This document shows, piece by piece, positions 1-9,162 of a stretch of 64,000 bases of DNA. Below the pieces are notes generated by a model. The model saw only the letters and a program-made list of their open reading frames with translations, made no database searches and was not told the DNA's origin. The DNA is from an uncultured virus (IMG/VR IMGVR_UViG_3300043568_000079) (taxonomy: Duplodnaviria > Heunggongvirae > Uroviricota > Caudoviricetes), in the IMG/VR virus record IMGVR_UViG_3300043568_000079, positions 1 through 64,000 of that record. The stretch is one strand, 5' to 3'. Made by a program: the position numbers and the translations under genes. Positions within the stretch are counted from its first letter, which is position 1, and each line of letters begins with the position of its first letter.

Positions 1-1
1 T

Positions 2-607
2 GATATTGAAATGGACACCGCTACTCTTGCTCAAATGCTGCCACAATTTGATAGTATGCTACAGGCAGGCAAACTTGATAAATTACAAAACCGAATGGCT
101 TCTCGTGGCGAACTTGAAATAGGCGAGTCTAATCAAGGTGTGGCGGAAGGCGTTGAGGACAGAACAAGTTATCAAGTTGCTAAAATTCTATCAAATCGTG
201 GAATCAAATACGATCCTGCACAAGAAAATGAATTAATCAATGCAATAGGCATGGTACTGGTAAAAGAATTAAACATGAGTCCAAAGCAGGCAAGGAATTT
301 GATCAGTTATGATGAAGACTTTGTTTCCGACACAATGGGCGAGTTGAGAGGTATGGAACAGTCAGTATCCGAAGTTGATGTATATATGGAAAGTCTTGCC
401 CACTCATTGCAACAGGTCCTGAGTGAAAAAGCAGTGAGCAAGAAGCAACAAAAGTTTATGGGCATGGTTCATGCTGCACAGAAAGGTGAAAAGCCTGCCA
501 GCAAAGAAGTTGCCAAGACAGCCAAGGACATGGGCAAGAAAGATGCCAGGGACTTTGCATCAACTAAGCACAAAGGTCTTCCTGAAAAGAAGAAATCAAA
601 AAAGTAA
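2..607 (+). CDS. Hypothetical, probably head-internal, protein with a C-terminal DUF3008-like segment; 5' end probably outside the window
   Basis: The frame is open to the window edge (GAT ATT GAA ATG). The C-terminus KAVSKKQQKFMG...DFASTKHKGLPEKK resembles DUF3008. Confidence 0.55.
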   Translation, partial: DIEMDTATLAQMLPQFDSMLQAGKLDKLQNRMASRGELEIGESNQGVAEGVEDRTSYQVAKILSNRGIKYDPAQENELINAIGMVLVKELNMSPKQARNLISYDEDFVSDTMGELRGMEQSVSEVDVYMESLAHSLQQVLSEKAVSKKQQKFMGMVHAAQKGEKPASKEVAKTAKDMGKKDARDFASTKHKGLPEKKKSKK

Positions 608-621
608 TTGAGCAGGAACCG

Positions 622-831
622 GTGGCACCGACAGAGGAGCCTGCTCAACAAACTAAGCCAGTCGGACCACAGCCTAAACTAAGGCCCGATATGCCTATTG
701 ACTATTGGAAACAACGTTTTCAAACTGCTGACCCAAATCAATATCGTCAATTTAAAAACAAAGATCCAGAAAAGAAAGATCGTATGGCTATAGCAGCCTA
801 CTACGATGCAAAGCAGCCCACAAAAAAATAA
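622..831 (+). CDS. Hypothetical protein
   Basis: 69-aa ORF, GTG start after AGGA, tightly packed between neighbours. Confidence 0.55.
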   Translation: MAPTEEPAQQTKPVGPQPKLRPDMPIDYWKQRFQTADPNQYRQFKNKDPEKKDRMAIAAYYDAKQPTKK

Positions 832-834
832 AAC

Positions 835-1464
835 ATGTTTAAAAGATTTGATGTACCGGTAGTATCAAATCCTGTCTGTAGTGAGCCCATCTACAATGTT
901 GTTGCAGAAGATTTTAAATTCTATGACAAAGACGGATTTGAATTAAATCAAGCAGAACAGAAATATTACGGGATGATGCACCATCCTATAGACCATCCTA
1001 TACTTAATCATCGCTGCTGGCAAGAACCTTGGTTTGCTCTAGAATATAACGATATAGGTCTAATACTAGATCACTCATTGATCCTGCATCGTTGCAGATA
1101 CGAGGACTACGCAGAACATCAACTAAGAAAAATAAAAAAGGATATTCCCGAGGCAGAGTGGTTATTGAAAACTCCACAGAAATGGGGATTTGATTTTGCA
1201 TTAGATGCTGTAGATCAAAATGGTAATATATACGAAGTCCTGCACGTAGAGTATGACAACTACGATTACGATAGTTTTGTAAAAGCCATGCAGTTATTTG
1301 ATTTCAAAGTTAGACATACTGATTGGCGACATGCTGCCAAACAGGTATTGGTTAAACAGGACGAGTGGTGTCATCTTAAAGGATTTGCTCAAAATGATTG
1401 GAAAGCAAGTTTCCTTTTAGGCTGGAACCGAGCAGAATATACAGAAAAAAGTTTGACCTTGTAA
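835..1464 (+). CDS. Hypothetical protein
   Basis: 209-aa ORF in operon context; no family motif recognised. Confidence 0.7.
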   Translation: MFKRFDVPVVSNPVCSEPIYNVVAEDFKFYDKDGFELNQAEQKYYGMMHHPIDHPILNHRCWQEPWFALEYNDIGLILDHSLILHRCRYEDYAEHQLRKIKKDIPEAEWLLKTPQKWGFDFALDAVDQNGNIYEVLHVEYDNYDYDSFVKAMQLFDFKVRHTDWRHAAKQVLVKQDEWCHLKGFAQNDWKASFLLGWNRAEYTEKSLTL

Positions 1465-1481
1465 CTGTAACCCTATATACT
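1453..1481 (+). promoter_or_regulatory. Sigma70-type early promoter
   Basis: TTGACC (1453-1458), 17 bp, TATACT (1476-1481); then SD AGGAG and ATG at 1502. Confidence 0.65.
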
Positions 1482-1501
1482 ATATACTTATAGGAGACAT
1501 T

Positions 1502-1771
1502 ATGGGCAAAGCATTTGGCGCACCAGAACAGGCAAAAATTAAACAGATCGTATCCGAAGGTATGACTGTTATGCAGGAAATTCAAGACCTTACCGAAGGA
1601 TTGAATGAAACTATCAAAGCCGTAGCAGAAGAACTAGAGGTAAAACCTAGTGTCATTCGCAAGGCAATCAAAATCGCACAGAAAGATCAATGGGATCAAG
1701 TGTTCCGTGAGTTCGACGATCTCGAAACTATTGTCGATATTGCAGGCCACGCTAATCGTCGTGAAGACTGA
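1502..1771 (+). CDS. T4 DsbA-like double-stranded DNA-binding protein
   Basis: 89-aa helical protein; pattern EIQDLTEGLNETIKAVAEELEVKPSVIRKAIKIA resembles phage DsbA/GapR-like proteins. Confidence 0.55.
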   Translation: MGKAFGAPEQAKIKQIVSEGMTVMQEIQDLTEGLNETIKAVAEELEVKPSVIRKAIKIAQKDQWDQVFREFDDLETIVDIAGHANRRED

Positions 1772-2058
1772 TGAACTTTATACGCAATGTATATAACTGG
1801 GCCAGAAACGATTATCGAGAATGGCCTACTAGATTTTCATTAGAAATCTCAGCATGGTTGATGAGTTTAGGCTGCTCTCTAACACTAGCAGCAGGTGCAA
1901 CTGATCCGCTGTTTTTCTATTTGTATCCAATATTCATTTTGCAGTGTGCAATATTTGCATGGGCTTCATGGACTCGTAAAAGTACAGGTATGGTAGCCAA
2001 CTACCTACTGTTAGTCACTATCGATATCATTGGCTACATTAGATTGTTAAATATGTAA
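1771..2058 (+). CDS. Small membrane protein
   Basis: 95 aa with about three hydrophobic segments; TGATG coupling to the upstream gene. Confidence 0.6.
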   Translation: MNFIRNVYNWARNDYREWPTRFSLEISAWLMSLGCSLTLAAGATDPLFFYLYPIFILQCAIFAWASWTRKSTGMVANYLLLVTIDIIGYIRLLNM

Positions 2059-2062
2059 GAGA

Positions 2063-2121
2063 AAGGTTCGATCAGCCATAACTGATCACAAAGAAGGTTG
2101 CCGGCCATAAGCGGTAAGGAG
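2063..2121 (+). promoter_or_regulatory. Tandem stem-loops sharing a CCAUAA loop next to the polymerase SD; putative translational operator
   Basis: GATCAG-CCATAA-CTGATC (2070-2087) and TTGCCG-GCCATAAG-CGGTAA (2098-2117), each associated with AAGGTT; SD AGGAG at 2117-2121. Confidence 0.6.
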
Positions 2122-2127
2122 AACTAT

Positions 2128-4800
2128 ATGAGCTACGTCGATGCCATGTGGGATCGAGACAAGGACATTGTGCATGTCGTTGAGCGTGATCCGAAGAAAG
2201 GCAGAATCTTTCAGGAGTTTCCTGCAAGATACACATTTTATTACCCCGACCAAAGGGGCAAATACAAGTCAATATACGGTGAAAACCTAAGCAAAGTTGT
2301 TACTAGATCCTATAAGGATTTTCAGAAAGAACAACGGATTCACAGCAGTCACAAGCTATACGAATCTGATATCAATACAGTATTCAAAACTCTAGAAGAA
2401 AACTATCTCAATCACGAACCGCCTAAACTAAATGTGGCGTTCTTCGACATTGAGGTGGACTTCGATCCTGAAAGAGGCTACAGCACCCCCGAGGATGCTT
2501 TCATGCCTATTACATCGATCGCTGTTCACCTACAATGGTTAGATACACTGGTCTGCTTTGCTGTTCCCCCAAAGACACTGACAATGGAGCAGGCAACGGA
2601 ACTGGTTAAGGACTTTCCTAATACACATCTGTTTGAAACTGAAGCAGAGATGTTAGATGCGTTCTTAGATCTGATTCAAGATGCTGACATTCTCAGTGGC
2701 TGGAACAGTGAAGGTTATGATATTCCATACACCGTTAACAGAGTTATTAAAGCACTGAGCAAAGAAGACACTCGTAGATTCTGTCTGTGGGGTCAATTTC
2801 CCAAGAAGAGAGAGTACGAAAAATATGGAAAAGCGGCTGTTACTTATGATCTGGTTGGTCGTGTTCATCTGGACAGTCTCGAGCTGTACCGCAAATACAC
2901 ATATGAAGAGCGACACACTTACCGACTGGATGCCATTGGAGAAATGGAAGTAGGCGAGAGCAAGACTCACTATGAAGGTACACTTGATCAGTTATACAAC
3001 AATGACTTTCGTAAGTTCATTGAATACAACAGACAGGATACTGCACTGTTAGACAAGTTGGATAAGAAACTAAAGTTTATCGATCTTGCTAACACACTGG
3101 CACACGAATGTACGGTGCTATTGCAGACCACAATGGGCGCGGTTGCTGTAACTGAACAGGCTATTGTAAACGAAGCTCACCACCGTGGACTTATTGTGCC
3201 TAATCGTGCCAAGCGCGATGAGGATGCAAACAATCAGGCAGCAGGTGCTTATGTTGCATATCCTAAAAAAGGTATCCACGACTGGATTGGATCTATTGAC
3301 ATTAACTCATTGTATCCGTCAGCTATTCGTGCGCTCAACATGGGTCCAGAAACTATCATCGGTCAGTTACGTCAGGACAGGACAGATCAACATATCGATG
3401 AACAAATGATGGTTCATAAAAAATCATTTGCGGCGGCTTGGGAAGGTATGTTTGGTAGCCTAGAGTACGAAGCAGTTATGCGACAGGACCGTGCATTTGA
3501 AATCACAGTTGATTGGGAAAACGATCAAAGTGATATCATGAGTGCAGCCGAAGCATATAAATTAATCTTTGACAGTAATCAACCTTGGATGTTAAGCGCC
3601 AACGGCACTATCTTTACCTATGAACATGAAGGCATTATTCCCGGACTGTTAAAGCGTTGGTATGCTGAACGTAAAGACATGCAGAAGAAGCTCAAGGCAG
3701 CTATTGAAGCAGGTAACAAGATTGAAGAAGAATACTGGGACAAGCGACAGTTGGTCAAGAAGATTAACTTGAACAGTTTGTATGGTGCTATTCTTAATGC
3801 AGGTTGCAGATTCTTCGACAAGCGTATTGGTCAGTCAACTACTCTAGTAGGTCGCCAGATTGCCAAGCACATGGCTGGTAAAGTCAATGAAATGATTACC
3901 GGTGAGTTTGATCACGTAGGTAAGAGTATTATCTACGGTGATACTGACTCGTGCTACTTCTCAGCTTACAATACGCTAAAGACTGACATTAACAAGAAGC
4001 TGATCCCTTGGGATAGAGATGTTGTTATTCAGTTGTATGATCAAATTGCCGAAGGCGTAAATGCAACATTCCCACAGTTCATGTTGGATGCATTTCACTG
4101 CCCAAAGAGTCGAGGCGAAGTTATCAAAGGTGGTCGAGAAATTGTTGCGGTTAAAGGCCTGTTCATTACCAAGAAGCGTTATGCAGTATTGTATTACGAT
4201 AAAGACGGTAAGAGACAGGACACAGACGGCAAGCCAGGTAAGATCAAAGCTATGGGCCTGGATCTCAAGCGTAGTGATACTCCGGAATTTATGCAGAAGT
4301 TTCTAGAAGAAGTTCTGACCAAAGTACTAAATGGTGCAGAGGAACAAGAGATTTTGGAAATGATCAGTGCATTCCGAACTGAGTTTAAGGCCCGTCCAGG
4401 TTGGGAGAAGGGTAGTCCCAAACGAGCTAACAACATCACAGAGTATCAAGCCAAGGAAGCTAAACAAGGCAAGGCTAATATGCCAGGGCATGTCCGTGCT
4501 GCTATTAACTGGAATACGCTAAAACGCATGAACGGTGACAAATACTCAATGGGCATTGTTGACGGCATGAAGGTCATTGTTTGTAAAGTTAAAGACAATC
4601 CATTGGGATACACATCCATTGCTTATCCGGTCGATGAGATGCGATTACCTAAATGGTTCCAAGACCTGCCATTCGATCACAGCGAAATGGAAACTGCTAT
4701 CATTAACAACAAACTGGACAACCTCATCGGTGTGCTGGATTGGGATTTAGAATCAACTACCCAAGACAATACCTTTGGCAAATTATTTTCCTTTGATTGA
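2128..4800 (+). CDS. Family B DNA polymerase (T4 gp43-like) with 3'-5' exonuclease
   Basis: Exo motifs FFDIE, GWNSEGYD, YNRQD; Pol motifs DINSLYPS, KINLNSLYG, YGDTDS, KKRYA. Start moved to ATG 2128, behind AGGAG. Confidence 0.97.
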   Translation: MSYVDAMWDRDKDIVHVVERDPKKGRIFQEFPARYTFYYPDQRGKYKSIYGENLSKVVTRSYKDFQKEQRIHSSHKLYESDINTVFKTLEENYLNHEPPKLNVAFFDIEVDFDPERGYSTPEDAFMPITSIAVHLQWLDTLVCFAVPPKTLTMEQATELVKDFPNTHLFETEAEMLDAFLDLIQDADILSGWNSEGYDIPYTVNRVIKALSKEDTRRFCLWGQFPKKREYEKYGKAAVTYDLVGRVHLDSLELYRKYTYEERHTYRLDAIGEMEVGESKTHYEGTLDQLYNNDFRKFIEYNRQDTALLDKLDKKLKFIDLANTLAHECTVLLQTTMGAVAVTEQAIVNEAHHRGLIVPNRAKRDEDANNQAAGAYVAYPKKGIHDWIGSIDINSLYPSAIRALNMGPETIIGQLRQDRTDQHIDEQMMVHKKSFAAAWEGMFGSLEYEAVMRQDRAFEITVDWENDQSDIMSAAEAYKLIFDSNQPWMLSANGTIFTYEHEGIIPGLLKRWYAERKDMQKKLKAAIEAGNKIEEEYWDKRQLVKKINLNSLYGAILNAGCRFFDKRIGQSTTLVGRQIAKHMAGKVNEMITGEFDHVGKSIIYGDTDSCYFSAYNTLKTDINKKLIPWDRDVVIQLYDQIAEGVNATFPQFMLDAFHCPKSRGEVIKGGREIVAVKGLFITKKRYAVLYYDKDGKRQDTDGKPGKIKAMGLDLKRSDTPEFMQKFLEEVLTKVLNGAEEQEILEMISAFRTEFKARPGWEKGSPKRANNITEYQAKEAKQGKANMPGHVRAAINWNTLKRMNGDKYSMGIVDGMKVIVCKVKDNPLGYTSIAYPVDEMRLPKWFQDLPFDHSEMETAIINNKLDNLIGVLDWDLESTTQDNTFGKLFSFD

Positions 4801-4809
4801 AAATAATCA

Positions 4810-4838
4810 TTGACTTTACTCGCAAATCTAAATAAACT
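4810..4838 (+). promoter_or_regulatory. Sigma70-type promoter overlapping a late-type CTAAATA
   Basis: TTGACT (4810-4815), 17 bp, TAAACT (4833-4838); CTAAATA at 4828-4834. Confidence 0.55.
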
Positions 4839-4855
4839 AAACAAAAGGAATTAAT

Positions 4856-5590
4856 ATGAAAGACATTCTACAAGACATCGTAAGCCACACACATAGCCTG
4901 GGCTTCTTAAACATCGTTAAAATTACAGGCGACGATAAAAAGACCACTATCGACAGTATGGCCGATGACCGTACAGTTATTATGTATGGTGAAACTGCTA
5001 GCCCGCAAGCAGACATGACTGGCGTTTTTGGTATGCCGCAAATGAACAAATTAAAGTATTTGCTAGATTGCCCAGAATACAAAGAAGATGCAAAGATTGA
5101 AGTTGTTAAACAAGATCGCAACGGTGAAGAAATTCCAACAGGCCTACACTTTGAAAACAAAGGGGGCGACTTTAAGAATGACTACCGCTTTATGAACACT
5201 GAAATCATTAACGAAAAGTTAAAGACTGTTAAGTTCCGTGGTGTTAAGTGGGATGTTGAAGTTGCTCCAAGTTTAGCTAGTGTGCAAAGATTTGCGTTTC
5301 AAGCAGCCGCTAACAATGAGCACACAACTTTCTTGGCTAAGACAGATGGTGACAAGTTGAAGTTTACTTTTGGTGATCAAGCAAGCCACGGTGGTGAATT
5401 TATTTTTGCTACAGGTGTCACCGGCAACCTAAATAAAGGATGGACTTGGCCTGTTGCTCCCGTACTTGCAATTCTTAAAGCATCAGATGTTAATAATACT
5501 ATGATGAGTTTAAGCAACGAAGGTGCTCTACAGATTACACTTGACAGCGGTTTAGCTACTTACAAGTATATCATTCCTGCACAGACATGA
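4856..5590 (+). CDS. Putative sliding clamp (T4 gp45-like)
   Basis: 244 aa directly downstream of PolB; size and alpha/beta pattern fit a clamp subunit. Confidence 0.6.
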   Translation: MKDILQDIVSHTHSLGFLNIVKITGDDKKTTIDSMADDRTVIMYGETASPQADMTGVFGMPQMNKLKYLLDCPEYKEDAKIEVVKQDRNGEEIPTGLHFENKGGDFKNDYRFMNTEIINEKLKTVKFRGVKWDVEVAPSLASVQRFAFQAAANNEHTTFLAKTDGDKLKFTFGDQASHGGEFIFATGVTGNLNKGWTWPVAPVLAILKASDVNNTMMSLSNEGALQITLDSGLATYKYIIPAQT

Positions 5591-5958
5591 TAAAAGGAAT
5601 AGCTCATTCAGGTCGATATCTCCAGGTACAAGGAGGTAGTCCAATGAATCCGTACATTTCTTCCGGTGGGCAATCTGCGGGAATGTTGCGCTATAATACA
5701 AATATCAATACCATAGAAGTATACGACGGGCAAGTTTGGAAAGAAGTATCTTCAAACTTTGCCAATGTAGCATTAACTAGTGAGGCAGAAGCATTACTTG
5801 ACTGGGCACGAAAAAAGCGTGACGAAGAATTGCAGCTCGAAGTATTGGCTAAAGAACACCCTGCTATTAACATTGCCTTGGGTAATTTAAAGAAAGCCAA
5901 GATACAACTAGATGCTACAATAATATTAAGTAAAGAACATGACGAAACAACAAGTTAA
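5587..5958 (+). CDS. Hypothetical protein
   Basis: 123 aa, ATGA overlap; contains GMLRYNT...EVYDGQVW. Confidence 0.65.
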   Translation: MIKGIAHSGRYLQVQGGSPMNPYISSGGQSAGMLRYNTNINTIEVYDGQVWKEVSSNFANVALTSEAEALLDWARKKRDEELQLEVLAKEHPAINIALGNLKKAKIQLDATIILSKEHDETTS

Positions 5959-7597
5959 CCTAACACCATTACAGAAAGACTATGCAGTCTATTTGCCTGC
6001 AATTAGTAGTTTCTACAGTACCTATGTTGCTAAACAACGACTAGGTGAATTCGTACCAACAGATCGTATTCCTGCAGGTTTTGATCGTGGTATCGAAGGT
6101 ATGAACTTTTTAAATCCTGAACAAGGATACTTTACTTACAAATACGGTCTGTACTCTGCGGGTCATGCACAATTAGATCTTACTAAGAGTTTAGAACAAG
6201 AGTCCATGATTCAACAGCGTGATCGTAATAACACTATGATCTTAGGCGACTCAGGTGGATACCAGATTGGTAAGGGTGTTCTTAAGTTTGACTGGTTAGA
6301 CTTTGAAGGCAAGGAAGCTACTAAGACTCGTCAGAAGATTCTCGAGTGGCTCGAAGTCACAGCCGATTGGTCAATGATGCTAGACGTTCCAACATGGGCA
6401 TGTGATCACATTCACAGTCCTAAAACTGGACTAAAGACATTTGATGACTGCTTAGATAAGACTCGATACAATAACGATTACTTTTTGATGAACAGAATGG
6501 GTCAAACTAAATGGCTCAACGTTCTGCAAGGTAGTGATTGGGACACTGCTGAAAAGTGGTATGCAGGTGTAAAAGAATTTAGCGACCCGGCAGGTAAGTA
6601 TGCAGGGCGTGAAGCAGAAGGTTGGGCCTTTGGTGGTGCTAACATGTGCAAGATGGATATTACTCTCAAGCGTTTAATGACACTTAGAGAAGATGGTTTG
6701 CTGAAGGGCAAAAACTGGATCCACTTCTTGGGTACAGCGCAACTTGACTGGAGTTGCTACTTAACTTTAATTCAAAGACAAATCAGGAAACACATCAATG
6801 AAGAAATTACCATATCTTTTGACTGCGCCTCACCGTTCATTGCAACAGCGCACGGACTTGTCTACACAAACGCAGTCCACACGCCAAAAAGGTGGAGTGT
6901 TATTATGGACAAGGCACCAGATAACAAAGCACTATCAGGATCAGATATCCCGTTCCCTTTCGAATCGTCAATCGGTCGCAGACTAACAATGGCTGACATT
7001 GCCTACTACGATTTAGGCGTTCGTAAAACAGACGAAGAATTAGGTTTTGGTCCACGTGGTGGAAAAATTGAATTTAACCATTTAGAACCAGAACACTACC
7101 ATGTTGTACCTAGACTTAACAAATTAGGTAAGATTCCAAATAGAACAAGTTGGGATAGCTTTGCCTATGCATTGATGATGGGACATAATGTCGAATGTCA
7201 TATTGTTGCTGTTCAACGTGCTCAACAATTAATGGACATTGAGATTGCTAAATCTAAAGACAAGCTGACTTGGAAGCAATGGAAGAAAGTCAAGGGACAG
7301 GATATGAGCGATGAGTTTAGTGATTGGGTTCCCCGTAATATCTTATACTTCAACAGCTTTGTTGAAGACTTATTTAATACTGCTACTAAAGCAGATGCAT
7401 TTGCAATGATCGAACAAGCTGGTCCATTCCTGCGTAGTTTAGAAGGTGCTCGACTACAAGGCGGTCCTGCTCAAAACAAGTTTAATAACTTGTTCGAAAT
7501 TGAAGAAGTTACTAAGGTTGAAGAAATTGATCTTGCTAACCCAGATGACGACGAACTACGAAAACTTGAAGAAGGCACATTAGGAGATATAGAATGA
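5939..7597 (+). CDS. dpdA: DpdA-like (TGT-family) DNA guanine transglycosylase
   Basis: TGT-fold motifs in order: ILGDSGGYQ, MMLDVP, NVLQG, GWAFGG, WIHFLG, ISFDCAS; clustered with queE and a T-fold gene. Confidence 0.8.
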   Translation: MTKQQVNLTPLQKDYAVYLPAISSFYSTYVAKQRLGEFVPTDRIPAGFDRGIEGMNFLNPEQGYFTYKYGLYSAGHAQLDLTKSLEQESMIQQRDRNNTMILGDSGGYQIGKGVLKFDWLDFEGKEATKTRQKILEWLEVTADWSMMLDVPTWACDHIHSPKTGLKTFDDCLDKTRYNNDYFLMNRMGQTKWLNVLQGSDWDTAEKWYAGVKEFSDPAGKYAGREAEGWAFGGANMCKMDITLKRLMTLREDGLLKGKNWIHFLGTAQLDWSCYLTLIQRQIRKHINEEITISFDCASPFIATAHGLVYTNAVHTPKRWSVIMDKAPDNKALSGSDIPFPFESSIGRRLTMADIAYYDLGVRKTDEELGFGPRGGKIEFNHLEPEHYHVVPRLNKLGKIPNRTSWDSFAYALMMGHNVECHIVAVQRAQQLMDIEIAKSKDKLTWKQWKKVKGQDMSDEFSDWVPRNILYFNSFVEDLFNTATKADAFAMIEQAGPFLRSLEGARLQGGPAQNKFNNLFEIEEVTKVEEIDLANPDDDELRKLEEGTLGDIE

Positions 7598-7797
7598 GAC
7601 AAGAAATTATTAGCGTATTAAAACACCATTTTAAAGCACACATTTTCAAGCACAAAATGAATGTAGACATTATGTTGAGCAATCCCATGGCACTACATGA
7701 CCATACTGACTTAATGGATGCTATTGAAAAAGAAGTAGCATTGATTGCTGAATATCAAGACAAGTTGGACATAATGGAAAGTTATTTTAAGGAATAA
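7594..7797 (+). CDS. Hypothetical protein
   Basis: 67 aa, SD AGGAG, overlaps the dpdA stop. Confidence 0.7.
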   Translation: MRQEIISVLKHHFKAHIFKHKMNVDIMLSNPMALHDHTDLMDAIEKEVALIAEYQDKLDIMESYFKE

Positions 7798-7798
7798 T

Positions 7799-8083
7799 AT
7801 GGCAACAGGTAAAAAGAAAACAGACATTATTATGTCTGCCGAAATATCAGAGTCTATGGAAATGCCCGGTACTATTGGCAGTGCTAGATTAACATTTCCA
7901 AATGATCCCACTGTGGTAAAAGGCAGTCATTTAACTGTTACTACATTTCCAGACGGTAAAACTGTTTTAGAATGGGACGATGAGGCATTACTCAGAGATG
8001 TCCAAAAAGCCTTGACAGAGTACGAGAATTCTGTTAAAGTTAATACTACTAAAACTAAACGTAAGAAGAAAAATGAAGCGTGA
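7799..8083 (+). CDS. Hypothetical protein
   Basis: 94 aa, SD AAGGA. Confidence 0.65.
   Translation: MATGKKKTDIIMSAEISESMEMPGTIGSARLTFPNDPTVVKGSHLTVTTFPDGKTVLEWDDEALLRDVQKALTEYENSVKVNTTKTKRKKKNEA
8012..8040 (+). promoter_or_regulatory. Internal sigma70-type promoter
   Basis: TTGACA (8012-8017), 17 bp, extended TG, TAAAGT (8035-8040), upstream of ORF 8073. Confidence 0.5.
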
Positions 8084-8585
8084 TTACGATACAGGTATTA
8101 GTGAAGATGTAATTTTCTTTACTGGTACTGAAGTTGAGCACACTCCTGCATACGGCATGAAAACATTGTTTGTTACAGGAGTTCAATCTAGCGAGCATAT
8201 TGCACTAAACTTGCAAGGTTGCGAGCATATTTTCTTTGGCGCAAATCATAGTTATAATCCACAAACTTACGAAGAACACAAAGTCTGGGAAGAAATGATT
8301 ATGTTCTTCCTTGATAAAGAATACCTGTGTTCATTGGATATTCCAATTCACCAAGTAGAAGAATTCCACGAAGGCGGGCTTTGCGAGCGTGATAATTTTA
8401 TTCCACAAATTCGTGTACCTATTCCTTACATTCGTCTTTGGAACTATAACACTATGTTAAAGATTGACGACAAAGATTTTAAGGCAACTAATCCCGGTGT
8501 ATGGTCCCACAGTCTACACACACTAATGGATCGTAGTAAGTTTACAGACTGGGCACAATATAAAAACGACAAGGTAATAAAATGA
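8073..8585 (+). CDS. Hypothetical protein within the deazaguanine island
   Basis: 170 aa, enzyme-like motifs GTEVEHT, HIFFGANHS, TNPGVW. Confidence 0.7.
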   Translation: MKRDYDTGISEDVIFFTGTEVEHTPAYGMKTLFVTGVQSSEHIALNLQGCEHIFFGANHSYNPQTYEEHKVWEEMIMFFLDKEYLCSLDIPIHQVEEFHEGGLCERDNFIPQIRVPIPYIRLWNYNTMLKIDDKDFKATNPGVWSHSLHTLMDRSKFTDWAQYKNDKVIK

Positions 8586-8755
8586 TTAACTCTAAAGTTA
8601 CAAAACAAGCAAATCAACAAAGTTCAGAAGAAAAATTATTTAAATTGCTCGAAAGCATTGACTGGAAGTTATGGGAAATCTATAATATGATGAAAGATAA
8701 TCTTCCTGAAAAATCGGCACCCGCTAAAAAAACCACAAAGGTTAAAGCACAGTAA
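8582..8755 (+). CDS. Small hypothetical protein (below the ORF-track cutoff)
   Basis: 57 aa MINSKVTK...LESIDWKLWEIY...KAQ; ATGA overlap upstream and TAATG coupling downstream. Confidence 0.6.
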   Translation: MINSKVTKQANQQSSEEKLFKLLESIDWKLWEIYNMMKDNLPEKSAPAKKTTKVKAQ

Positions 8756-9156
8756 TGAATCAAGAACTTAATATGATTTGGGTCACCTTTCGTAAGGAGG
8801 GTGTTCATATGTATCCGGCTGCGGCTACAGACCCCAAACTTGCCACAGGCAACATGTACGATGTTAGTTTCCTCGGTACTCCGCACCGTCACATTTTCCA
8901 TTTTAAAATCTATATTCAAGTATTTCACGATGATCGTGATATTGAGTTTATTCAGTTTAAGCGTTGGTTAGAGCACTGCTATGCAGATGGTACACTCGAA
9001 CTTAACCACAAATCCTGTGAAATGATAAGCCGTGATCTTCATGGAACCATTTCGGCAAGATATCCAGGTCGTGAGATCTGGATTGACGTAAGTGAAGACG
9101 GCGAGAATGGCTGCTTCATTAAATTTCCTCAACCCTTTAATACTACACAAAGGTAA
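8755..9156 (+). CDS. QueD-like T-fold protein, probably a DpdL-type CDG decarboxylase
   Basis: LGTPHRHIF replaces the QueD CxxxHGH motif; also SCEMI and a C-terminal VSEDGENG typical of PTPS/T-fold proteins. Confidence 0.7.
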   Translation: MNQELNMIWVTFRKEGVHMYPAAATDPKLATGNMYDVSFLGTPHRHIFHFKIYIQVFHDDRDIEFIQFKRWLEHCYADGTLELNHKSCEMISRDLHGTISARYPGREIWIDVSEDGENGCFIKFPQPFNTTQR

Positions 9157-9162
9157 AACATT

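Noticed and set aside
1771..2058. Holin call for the small membrane protein
   Set aside because: No adjacent endolysin or spanin, and it lies in an early replication operon.
2098..2127. ORF-track TTG start for the polymerase at 2098
   Set aside because: It lies inside the operator hairpin; ATG 2128 has a properly spaced AGGAG.
2128..4800. Intein or intron in PolB (long segment between motifs A and B)
   Set aside because: No C/S...HN-C/S/T splice motifs or LAGLIDADG blocks; the frame is continuous.
5939..7597. Ordinary tRNA-guanine transglycosylase (tgt)
   Set aside because: It lacks the CxCxxC zinc motif of bacterial Tgt, is much longer, and sits in a replication/queE context that fits DNA-acting DpdA better.
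8755..9156. Canonical queD
   Set aside because: No CxxxHGH motif, so no gene symbol was given.
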